A model generated the notes under the pieces. That model did not search any database, had not been told where the DNA came from, and saw only the letters and a program-made list of their open reading frames with translations. A program made the translations under genes and the position numbers. A stretch of 56,150 nt of DNA, filler included, from Dugesia japonica (lineage: Eukaryota): NCBI GenBank assembly GCA_001938525.1. It is 5 parts of 5 records of this genome, joined end to end, with 100 filler letters (N's around TTAATTAATTAA, not from the genome) between each part and the next. Parts side by side here need not be neighbours in the genome. Positions count along the whole stretch, not along the records: positions 1 to 14,183 come from MQRL01645419.1; positions 14,284 to 23,321 come from MQRL01599438.1; positions 23,422 to 32,264 come from MQRL01608851.1; 2 more parts are not named here. One strand, written 5' to 3'. Shown here in pieces: positions 13,499 to 24,696 of the stretch; position 1 is the first letter of the stretch; each line of letters begins with the position of its first letter.

Positions 13499-13744
13499 TT
13501 TCGATGGATCAATTGTCATTACCAGACAAAACGAAAAATATAAGATTATTCAGTATATATTATTCAAACAAAGATTTAAGCAAATATACTGAATATTAGA
13601 TGGATAAATAAAAATTCGAAATTATTTAAAAATATAAACTGAAATTTTATAAAATTAAAAACCTAAATTTAAANNNNNNNNNNNNNNNNNNNNNNNNNNN
13701 NNNNNNNNNNNNNNNAAAAAACCCGAATTTAAATCTAAAATATT

Positions 13745-14183
13745 TATATTAATTTAATTGAAAGAGTTGTCTGTACATTGATGCTTGATTATGAAATATA
13801 ATCATTAGAATTTCATACAGCACTCTCCCAATAATTTTGAAATTGTTTAGACAAATTTATTATTATTATTGTTTAGATAAATTGTTTAAATTCGAAATGT
13901 CAACATTTGTATTACACTTCATTATAACTTTAGGTTTACCAATATTACTACTACTACCAATACGATTATGCTCTTGGACTCTTGTACAGACATGACGGCC
14001 AGTCTCTCTAATGTATGTGGCGTCACTCCAATTACATTTAAATTGATAAACAAAGTTAGAATACAAACCAATCGGTGTATTGAATTTACTAACAAAGCCA
14101 TTAAGAATTTTATGTTATATAGAAACAATTTTCAATAAAGGAAGAAATTTAGCAGTTTTCAAAATCGAATATTTAAACTTATT
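13745..14183 (-). mobile_element. Penelope-like element GIY-YIG endonuclease fragment
   Basis: SNFVYQFKCNWSDATYIRETGRHVCTRVQEH fits the PLE VYxxxCxxCxxxYIGETxRxLxxRxxEH pattern. Confidence 0.8.
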
Positions 14184-14283
14184 NNNNNNNNNNNNNNNNN
14201 NNNNNNNNNNNNNNNNNNNNNNNNNNNTTAATTAATTAANNNNNNNNNNNNNNNNNNNNNNNNNNNNNNNNNNNNNNNNNNNN
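14184..14283. other. Artificial assembly linker N44-TTAATTAATTAA-N44
   Basis: Exact 100-nt structure with stops in all six frames; occurs four times in the window. Confidence 0.95.

Positions 14284-14350
<67 letters not shown>
14284..14350. repeat. (ATT)n microsatellite
   Basis: Direct reading. Confidence 0.95.
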
Positions 14351-14994
14351 AAAATTGTTATCGTTAAAGTCCGTATTAGACTATTTAAATAAAATTGCTA
14401 CATATAGAAAACATTTAAATGATAAAAGTAAAAGTAATAACAATAAAAATGTCAAATTAAATAGGCAAATATGAACTTCGGCGCGTTTTTTATAATGAAT
14501 ATATTTATTATTTTATTAATAAAATATAAATAGATTAAGTTTCAGTTGAGAAAATATTAAATAAAGTGATAAATTTATTCCCAAAACTCTCTAAATGAAA
14601 CCAGAAATCAAATAACTTAATTTTCTTTGATGTGAACATTAAAAATGGATTATTACCACAATAAATAATAAAATAGGAATAACGTGAAATATTTCAAGTT
14701 CAAATAATATTTTGGCCAAGTAATAAACTCTGTAAATATGCCACAATTTCAATATGATTTGTTGATTTTAATTTAAAATTTACTATTTTCGTTTTAAAAT
14801 ATTTCTTGAAAATATTTCTTAAAACTTAAGTTTATTATTTCTTTAAGATTGTATTCATATTATTGTAATTGTATTTGGTTATGCTTCGTTGAAAAAATAC
14901 GTAAAAATCAGATAGTTAAATAAGATTTTTTCGGATTTTTTAAAAAAAATGAAAGTTAAAAATTTTAATTTCAGATATATTTTATTTATCGAAA

Positions 14995-15800
14995 TAAAAT
15001 AATTACGCCTATTTTAATTATTTTGGGACATCGGTTTTGCAAGGTGGTAATACATTTCGAATAGAATTATATAGTCTTACTGAGAAAGAGATGAGTTACT
15101 TACAGTTTTTTTTCTTCTGAATAAAATAAGGATTAAACAGCAATTGAGAATATATTGATATGATATCTGGTCGATTTTGTGGATTGGACATGATTTCCCA
15201 CATTAGTTGTGTTATCTTGTCAACTATTTTTTGCCACATGCGGACCAGGGTAGTCTAGAAAAAATAGATGCTTTGTTCCAATGCATGCTATTTTTCTAAT
15301 AATATTTCATGAACGTTTTCTAATTGAGCGCACTTTTTGTCGGCAGTTTTATAAACTCGTAACGAATACTTCCTTCACAAATCCATCAAACACACATTTA
15401 AAGTTTTATCCAGAATATTCAAGTCTTTAAAACTTGTGACAAGTAATACGTAAGAGATAACCAAGTGTTCTTCTAAGGATTCAATACATTATCTAACTAT
15501 CGTTGCAAGGAAAGATTCATTTGAGAAATAGCTCTATTTTTAGCTGAATAAAATGAGAAGTGCACATACTCAGTCGGTGTAATCGATTCTCTGAAATCAA
15601 GTCATGTGGAACCCATAATATTAATTTTCATTAGTTTCCAATCTAATACATATGCAGTCTTTTTGTTTCTTCGTAGACATAAAATTTCAAATCAAGTGCA
15701 GGCTTGTTTTGGATTAGATTTTTCTTTCCCAATTTGTTATTTATCATTGAAACTTATCTCTAAGATCTGGGTGCATCTTTATTACAACACAAGGTAATAA
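14995..15800 (-). mobile_element. Highly decayed mariner transposase
   Basis: WVPHDL...RLSMCTS, DYPGPHVAK (cf. DNARPHVAK), and WEIMSNPQNRPDI (cf. WEVLPHPPYSPDL), broken by stops and frameshifts. Confidence 0.75.
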
Positions 15801-17864
15801 TTATCAATTAATTTAGAAAGTTAAACGATACAGTTCATATTTAACTTAATGTTCAGAATTGACATTAAAAAAGTAAATCAGTGAAAAGAAATTCTTTTTC
15901 AAAATCAAAAATTGCGATCAGTATTAAGGTTACTTTGAAAGTACAAAAAGAGGCATTCTTTGTGGAAAGTCGGTTCAGTGATAAATGTCAAATGTCAAAG
16001 CAATTGGTAATATTGGGTTAATATACAATATTACAATAGATTGTTGATGACATTCAAAGTATTTTTTTAAAATGTCATAAAGAATATTTCATTCTTAATT
16101 GCTTTTTCCTTTACCCTGAAATAAATTTATATCATTTATTTGAGCAAATTTAAAGTGATTAATTATTGTAAACTATTCAACTGATTTTCAATGGTGAACC
16201 TCAAAATCTACTTTAGGAAAAAGCTCAATTATTGAATTCCTTCTGCCACAACTAAAACTGTATTTTTTTATCTTTATTTTCAGAGTAAATTCATCAACTG
16301 TTTGCCCAATAAAGATCACTGAAATAATTTTTCTTCAGAAATATCGAATCAAAAATACTAATTGATAACAATTCTAATAACAAGAGATCGTCAAATAAAT
16401 CTACAAATATATTTGTTAAACTTGTTTAAAAAAAGAAATGTAAAATAATATAATTAAATACTTATATTTGACGTATTTAACGAGAACAGGAAAAGGTTTT
16501 ATAAAAAGAATATTTCAAGAATTTACATAAGGATTTAATAATCATATTTATATTTATAATATTTATTACTCATATTGTTTAATAATTTAATTGAAAATAT
16601 TTTCAATCAGTAATTTTCCATCAGTAACGAAGTTAGTCGGAGCCATTCTGTAAAAGAGATATTGTTTGATTATCTTCAAGAGACCGAAAAATGGAATAAG
16701 ATGAGTTTATAAATTCTTGAAAAAGTAAATTTCCAATAACGAGAGAAGACTTAGCATTTGGTTAATAATCTAAAGTGAACAGCACGAGTAGATGTACAAT
16801 GTACAAATAATATCTCATTGAAGGCAATTACAACTTTATATTCGTTAAAAATTAAATGATTTAGTAAATTATTAAATCATTTATTTTTAGTTATCAGTTA
16901 TCGCCCACCACTGACTGTTTGAGATTTGATCATGCTAACATACAAAATTAACCTTTTATTTAGAATAGGACATGCTAAGTATATCAGTTATCGCTCACCA
17001 CTACAAGCTTGCGAGCTGATCGTTCATCGCATATGTATATATAGACATAATTAATTCAATGAAGCTGAGCGATATGCTTGATTGATTGAACGTATGGCAA
17101 AATATTTATCATATGCACTATTGTTCGATCGAAAATGCGAATGGTTCACTGTCGTTAAATAAATTAGTTATTTAAAAAATTCATTAAAAACAAGTATTTT
17201 ATATTCGTTGAAATTAAATTAACTAAAATAATTTATCCTTAACTTGAATAAATTTTTGTCTTATTTTAGTCTTGCATTTTGTTTTTTTAATTTGAATACA
17301 TTTTTCTTGTTGTCTTTTCTTTAGCTGCTTTGTCGTATTTCTTCATGCTTTCTTTTTTAATTTCTTGTCTTTAATTTTTAAATGCGTTCTACTTCAACAA
17401 TATTATTATTATCATTATTATTACTATTATTATTAATATTATTAGTATTATTTTTATTAAATCAATTTNGTCATTTTGTATTTTCTAAAGTATTTAAATA
17501 TAATTAATTTTAGGTAATCATGGTTTTAATTTGCATTAATTTGTCTGCATTTGCCGATAAAACAATTATAGTGTTATAAAATGAAATAATAATGTAATTA
17601 AAAAAGGTCATGTGACTTAAAAGACATCAAATTATAACTTCAAAGTACAACTTTTGCAGCCACAAATGAAAATATAAATTCTCAAATCATTTTCTTTTCA
17701 AACAATTATACTTTCAATTCTAATCTAACCTAAAATAGTTTAATTTTTATTTCCTATTTAACTAAACAAGAATTACAACTTGCTTTCTTTTCAATTAAAA
17801 ATTTACATAAAGGTACGATATAATTATTATAATGTAAAATAAAATTTAAAAAAATAATAATGTG

Positions 17865-18230
17865 TTTTTGAAAAAATACCCAAAAAAATAATTTTAATTA
17901 TAAAATACCTAAAAATATTTATAGAATTTATAGAAAACCTAAGAATATATAAACAAAAATCAAAAAAATAAATTATTTAAGAAAATGTTATTTAATAATA
18001 TTCAAATCTCTTAAACTACATATTTCTTTTATTGCCTTTGTAATGGAAAATGTACATAATGGAAATTGAGCATAATCGATGAACTTGTCCTAGGCAAATA
18101 AACAATTAATTTATATTGATTTCGTTAATTGATTTTTGTACATATATTTTCTTAGGTATTCTATAAACTCCAAAATTATTTTTAGGTATTTTATAAATAA
18201 CATTACATTTTTTGATATTTTTCAAAAATC
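17865..18230. repeat. Imperfect long inverted repeat (MITE-like)
   Basis: About 100-bp arms: TTTTTGAAAAAATACC...ATAAAATACCTAAAAATA...ACAAAAATCAA, with the reverse complement at about 18129-18230. Confidence 0.7.
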
Positions 18231-19061
18231 GTAATAAATAATATAATCATAATTGATGATATATTTTATTTTAGAAAATTTTTCAAGAGCTAATTTTAAA
18301 ATTAAAATTTTCCACTGAACTTATTCATTAAATTTTATTGTTTTCCATTAGTTTATACTAGTTTTAAAGTGGATAATGTAAAATATGCAGAGAACTATTT
18401 TAGATATTTTTATAAATTGCCCGTAAAATTAATTAATAGGAAAAATATAATTTTATTTATATTTATATATGTTCTTTATTTGTTCTTTATTATCAATATT
18501 TACTTTTTATTTTGCATATTCATTGATAAGGAATATTACAATTTCAAATTAAAATTTCAATTCATTTTTAAGAGGATTTCTGAAATTTAAAGATGCAGAT
18601 GAAATGAAATTAAATTTGATTTTTTATATATAAAAGGAAAATAAATTGAAAATATTCGTTTATTTTATTTTTAGTGATATTATATTCTTTCGAATAGATA
18701 ATGAATAATTTCATATTGATAAATAATCATAGAATTTCTAAAGGAAATATGTTTCAATTTAATTTACTTGGATATTTATTAGTTTTAATAATTAATTAAT
18801 AATTAAATAATGTTTTAATAATTTAAAAAATTTAATTGAAGTGAAATAATCAGTAAAAAAATTCTTATTTGAAATATTATTTGAAATATTAAATAGTTCA
18901 ATTTAAAAGTTTCTAAATGTAACAAAATATATATTTATTTCATTAATTTTATCAAAGTGATAATTGAAACTCATTTTAATTTTATATAAACTAGAATGAA
19001 TAATTTATTTCTATTAGATAGAATTTAAAAAGAATTTCTTTCATTATGAATAGCTTTTAAG

Positions 19062-19184
19062 CAATCTTCTATTAATAGCATTTTTTTGACGGATGAAACA
19101 ATACGTTTAAACAAATGCATCTACCTATTTGACGATAAATCTAATCACAAAATAATAAAACAAATTAACAAACTCTTAGTGAAA
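19062..19184 (+). CDS. Probable next P4H-alpha-like exon
   Basis: QSSINSIFLTDETIRLNKCIYLFDDKSNHKIIKQINKLLVK resembles YRISKSAWL...VVSRINMRI. Boundaries ttttaag| and |gtaaaa; the exact acceptor is uncertain and the exon lies across an assembly linker. Confidence 0.45.
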
Positions 19185-19545
19185 GTAAAATCATTTATTT
19201 CTTTTTATTAACAAGATGAAATCATAAAACAAAGTTGATTGTCTAATTTCCTTTAATATGTTAAATGAAAAATTAAATTTTATTAAAAATATTTAGGGTA
19301 ATTTCAAGAAAGAAAAACGATTTAAAGATCAAATTAATGAATATTTGATAATAAGGAATATAAAAAAGATGATAGATCTTTTAGATTTTTCAATATTTAA
19401 GTTTTTATTATTGTTTTTTATTATTTTATATTTCAAAAAATTTCATTATAAACCATGACCATTGTGATTTTAGTTTTTGGAAAATATATTTAATAATTTT
19501 ATTATTTTTTTCAAGATAAGAAAATTAATTTTAACCATAGACAAA

Positions 19546-19848
19546 TATTATATTATATTATATTATATTATATTATATTATATTATATTATATTATATTA
19601 TATTATATTATATTNNNNNNNNNNNNNNNNNNNNNNNNNNNNNNNNNNNNNNNNNNNNNNNNNNNNNNNNNNNNNNNNNNNNNNNNNNNNNNNNNNNNNN
19701 NNNNNNNNNNNNNNNNNNNNNNNNNNNNNNNNNNNNNNNNNNNNNNNNNNNNNNNNNNNNNNNNNNNNNNNNNNNNATATTATATTATATTATATTATAT
19801 TATATTATATTATATTATATTATATTATATTATATTATATTATATTAT
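19546..19848. repeat. (ATATT)n microsatellite spanning a gap
   Basis: Direct reading. Confidence 0.95.
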
Positions 19849-20049
19849 GACTGAAAGCACAGGAAATATAATTTATTATTTCAAATTTTAAGAGATGGAC
19901 GAAATATTTTAAATATTGTTATGAAAGATTTAAGAAACTGTCTTTTTCGATAAACATCTTGCATAACGTACACAACTGTAAGATACAAGATTGTTGCAGA
20001 AAAGTCATGTTAAAATAAATTCTTATTACAAAATATATTTGATTATTTT

Positions 20050-20420
20050 GAATTAATCTTCTGGTCATTAATCATAACAAATGTATCAGTTATTTTTTCA
20101 CACTCAAATTGATGTATCAGTCGTAATACAACCATTTTTACATAGTTTGCACTTCAGTCATTAACAATATCTTTCAATGTGGTTTTCACACCTTATATTG
20201 TTGGTTCTTATATGTACTAACTTAAGTATACATAAAAATTGTAACATTATTTATTTTTTCAGTACAATTTCACCTGGTATAATCCAATATTTGACACGAC
20301 AAACATTCTAGGTATTTCTTTACCATATTTTGTTTTAAATGTCTTCTCTGATTATTATTTCCGACTGTTTGATTTCTATAATTTGTTACGTTGCTATTTC
20401 GGATACTTGATAAAATACGT
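20050..20420 (-). mobile_element. Possible Merlin/IS1016-like transposase remnant
   Basis: VKYWIIPGEIV and NHIERYC**LKCKL resemble the I.PGT.I and N.IE..W..LK motifs; very degraded. Confidence 0.3.
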
Positions 20421-23062
20421 TAATTTTCATTTGTTTATAACTTGAATATATGTAAATAAAATTAAATTTATATATTAATTAGTATTAATAAATAATAAAA
20501 TTAAATAATATTTAATTTAAAATAATATTTAATATTTCATTTAATATCATTTCAATATCGATTTAAAGCTCAAACATGTTTTAATCAATGTTGAGAATCC
20601 TGCTGAAATAGTAAATTATATTTATGGCAAAATGATTGATTTTCTTTATAAAATTATCAGTTAATTTAAACAAAATATTAGTTCAATTATAATAAATAAA
20701 ACATTTATAAATATTGGTTACATTAAAAAAATATAAACATAATATTTAAAAAAATTTTTCAATTCCATTATTTTAAACATAATTTCTTCGACAAAAAAAT
20801 ATTAATTTAGATGAAAAAATAATAGGGATTAAGAGTTGTAAAAAAATTATATTATTTTTTCTGATGTAGTTAAGATGAAAAGAAAAATGCTTTAATTACA
20901 AACTTTGTAAATTAAATATTTGTTTGATTTCTTTAATATTTTTTTTAATTTGTATTGTATATGTTATTTATTATATCATTATTATTTTAAGTAAAATCGA
21001 AAAATGAGTTAATTTAATTTATTTATTAATATTTGATTTTACTTTGTTATATTGTTTTATTTTTTATTTTATTATATTTGGCTTATATATAAAATATTGT
21101 TATGGTTATAAATAATGTTCATAATAATATTTCTACTTTTTTTTAAGTAAATTTTTTAATTGTTTTTAAATATTTTAATTTGGTATAATAATATGAAATT
21201 TTCAAATATAAATTTCTAATTTTATTTTATGTTTTTTATTATAATTCTTATTTATTAAATTCTATAAATAAAATTATTTAGAGAATAATTTTTGAACTTA
21301 ACCAATCATAACTGACCTAATAGAATTTGAAATTTTTATTTTAATGTACAACCTTCTAAATCAGGGAATAAAAACTTCTATTGAGAACGATAAATTATTT
21401 GGTTTTATACAATCAATTTAATTATTTATAGTAGTTGCATTTTTGAAAATGGAAAAATATGAAAGGAAAAACACTACAGAAACCAATGTGGAAACTAATA
21501 TCTGACTTCATTTACAATGGTCTAAAATTCCAAAGAAACGTAAAGCCTTTCCAGTCAATCAAAAATCATATTTGTATCATAAGTAATATTCGATTATCAA
21601 GAAGATCAAGGGTGATCTATAAAAAGAAATCATATTTATGTCATATTTAAATAGTTTCGAAATAAATGTATTTTCAAAAACTACTAAATTATAATAAATT
21701 AATTAATAATTTATTAATATACTGTCAGAAAATGTTTTAAATTACATTACTAAAATTCATAAATTCATGATAAGATTTAAAGAGATTATGATGTAGTACC
21801 ATGCCAATATCTGTTGAGTACCCATCTGGGTAACACTCAAAAAATTTAAGTAAATTTGTATTAATTCTAGAATGTTAATAATATATTTACATGAGTTTGG
21901 AGAACTCGTCTGATCATTAATATCAAAACTCGATTCCATAACAAAATTTATTCTCAAAAAAAAAAACTATCAACATAAATTTCCTGTTTTCAAACAAATT
22001 TAAAAATTCATATTTAAATGAGAAAAATATTAAATATCAGCAGTTTTTTAATTTTAACGCTTTATTACCAAATTTAAAAAATACCTATTTTATTTGTTTA
22101 CTTTTATATTTTATTCTTCCGATATAAATTTTAAATACAAATTTGACTTTGATAAATTTCGCCTTATACAGAAAAACGAGTTTAAATAATTTAATGCCAA
22201 AACGTTTAAATTAAAATTATTCAGACAAATATTAAGACAATTTAAAATAGTAATTCCTAGTTTCTATAGATTTCATGTAGAAAATTTAACACTTACCTTA
22301 ACCTTCACTTACATGGTTAAATCACTTTGGATTTTAATGGAATAAAAATAGTTATTTAATAATAATGTTAAAGAAAAGTCTGAACATATATTTATGTTTT
22401 TTGTGATATCATCGAAATGATCGCAATTCAAAACATTAACAGTATTTTTATCATATATTTCAAACGATTTTTTGAATTTTATTATTTAAAAACTTACTTT
22501 CACGGCTCTTACTTAAAAATTTATTGTTATTTGGGTTGGATATAAATCTATTCTGATGTACGCATTTAGTCAAGACTTCCAACACCTTAGGTATACAAAA
22601 TCTTCTAAATCCAATTATTTCCACCTCAGTGCACACGTAATATACTGATAGCCCCTTTTATTTTTAATGAAAAATTGTATATACCATAAAACCTTTAGTT
22701 ACGAGGTTTTGCTATTGCTCGACTAAGTTTTAAATACCAAAGCTTTGATCTGGGCGATCAAGATTTTTTTAATAAAACAAATTAACTGATTCATGTTGAT
22801 GAATCCCGTAAAATTACGAATATATGAAACGAAAAATAGTGATTCACATTAATTTGATCTCTAGCCCTATATGCTGAAATATATAAAGAAAAAACAAAAA
22901 TCACCAAACTCATCAAAGTCTAGCACGTGATATATTACAGAAAATTTGTATTTTTATATTTAAATTAAATTTTTATTAATGCTATTTATAATAAGCCGTT
23001 AAGTTAAGGCAATTTCTATAATTTTTATGTTTCTATATTGTTTAGTTTACTTTTTGAAATGA

Positions 23063-23141
23063 GACTAAAGGAATCTGACTGTCTAATTAAAACAAAGCGT
23101 TGCGATGGCTGGTGAACGGCTTTGACGCAACGTGATTTCTG
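23063..23141 (+). rRNA. Isolated 28S rRNA gene fragment (about 80 nt, pseudogenic)
   Basis: GGAATCTGACTGTCTAATTAAAACAAAGCGTTGCG...TTGACGCAACGTGATTTCTG matches the conserved LSU sequence GGAATCCGACTGTTTAATTAAAACAAAGCAT...TTGACGCGATGTGATTTCTG. Confidence 0.85.
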
Positions 23142-23321
23142 GTAGCTAATGGTTCAGAAATGATAATAGAAAAGTGTAAAATAGAAAAAACCTTACAAAA
23201 TTTAGAAAATTGGTGTCGTTAAAAGGCCTATTTTTAGCCCTTTTTCAATACAGAAGCCCGTTTTTTGCCTGTTTTGACATGTTGATTTTTTTATGAAAAT
23301 CGAGCATGACGTACTCAAAAT

Positions 23322-23421
23322 NNNNNNNNNNNNNNNNNNNNNNNNNNNNNNNNNNNNNNNNNNNNTTAATTAATTAANNNNNNNNNNNNNNNNNNNNNNN
23401 NNNNNNNNNNNNNNNNNNNNN
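23322..23421. other. Artificial assembly linker N44-TTAATTAATTAA-N44
   Basis: Exact 100-nt structure. Confidence 0.95.
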
Positions 23422-23529
23422 GCTGGGTATTTGCTAATTCATGGATTAATAATAATAAAACCAATACCAAAAACTCAAAATTAATTAAAAGAAATGTGTG
23501 AAAAATGAATATCATTTTTATTATAAATA

Positions 23530-24696
23530 TTAGTTTATCCGCCTACGTTTATAACTATCTTCATATTTAGAGGGACCTTGATAATGATCGTTATTGACAC
23601 TAATATAAAATTGTTTTCTTCTGACATAAGCATCATCCCTTTTTTCATCAAATTCATCTTTTTTTATCATTTCGTCACATTTTCTTATATCATTTTGATC
23701 ATAACATTTACGAGAATATGTTCTTTCATCATCATTTTTACGATAATATGTTCTTTCATCATCATTTTTACGATAATATGTTCTTTCATCATCATTTTTA
23801 CGATAATATGTTCTTTCGTCATCATTTTTACGATAATATGTTCTTTCGTCATTATCATATCTACGATATATTCTTTCATCATTAACATATTTATGAGAAT
23901 ATATTCTTTTATCATTATAATATTTATTAGAATATGTTCTTTTATCACTATCATTTTTACGAGAATATCTTTTTTCATCATCATATATACGGGAAACTCT
24001 ACGTTCATTGTCATCACATCGATGTTTATCAATATTTGTGTCTCTACATTCACCATCTTTTCTATCATTCTCAACATATCTTTTACATTTATTGTTGTTT
24101 CGGATGTCTCGATCAGTTGAATAATATCTCATTTCTTCATATTTTTTTGTACCACGATTTTCATTAACATAAAATTTATGATTTTTATAATGATCGTGAC
24201 TGTAACTATCATCATTCCTACTTTTTCGTTGATTTTCTCTATCATTATTGTAATTATTTCTTTTAATCGACATATTTCTTTTATATATACCAGGAATAGG
24301 AATGTAAGGTTGTTTTGTTGCACTGTAATCAACTCGAATACTTTTACCATCAATATTCATTCCATCACATTCATCTTTTGCTTTTGTTGCAATTTCTACA
24401 CTCTCAAATTTCACAAATCCGAATCCTTTTGATAAATCTGTATTTTTATCTATCATTAGATTGATGGAAATTATTTCTCCATATTTTTCAAAAATTTCAA
24501 TCAGTGTTTGTTTAGTAGTTGATTGAGATAATCCGAAAATTCCAAGACAATCAGAAGGTTCACAATTGTGATCTTTTTTTGATCGTCTTTCAAATAATGC
24601 ATTTCGTTTTGGTGGTGATATTTGAGAAAATGATTTTGAACTGTTAGTTTTTACAATTTCTTCATTATTTGTTTTATAATTCAATTTCTCAGACAT
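23530..24696 (-). CDS. tra2: Transformer-2-like RRM protein (copy A), single coding exon, 388 aa from first ATG
   Basis: EPSDCLGIFGLS (RNP2), KGFGFVKF (RNP1), and IDGKSIRVDYSATKQPYIPIPGIY, matching the Tra2 RRM plus linker (IRVDFSITKRPHTPTPGIY). Uninterrupted ORF. Confidence 0.88.
   Translation of the reverse strand: MSEKLNYKTNNEEIVKTNSSKSFSQISPPKRNALFERRSKKDHNCEPSDCLGIFGLSQSTTKQTLIEIFEKYGEIISINLMIDKNTDLSKGFGFVKFESVEIATKAKDECDGMNIDGKSIRVDYSATKQPYIPIPGIYKRNMSIKRNNYNNDRENQRKSRNDDSYSHDHYKNHKFYVNENRGTKKYEEMRYYSTDRDIRNNNKCKRYVENDRKDGECRDTNIDKHRCDDNERRVSRIYDDEKRYSRKNDSDKRTYSNKYYNDKRIYSHKYVNDERIYRRYDNDERTYYRKNDDERTYYRKNDDERTYYRKNDDERTYYRKNDDERTYSRKCYDQNDIRKCDEMIKKDEFDEKRDDAYVRRKQFYISVNNDHYQGPSKYEDSYKRRRIN
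23700..23995 (-). repeat. Coding 30/33-nt tandem repeat (RTYYRKNDDE)n in tra2-like copy A
   Basis: Repeated unit ATCATCATTTTTACGATAATATGTTCTTTC, with degenerate 33-nt neighbours. Confidence 0.9.

Noticed and set aside
23578-24432. Hydrophobic repetitive ORFs antisense or off-frame to tra2
   Set aside because: Shadow frames of the coding repeat, with no independent evidence.
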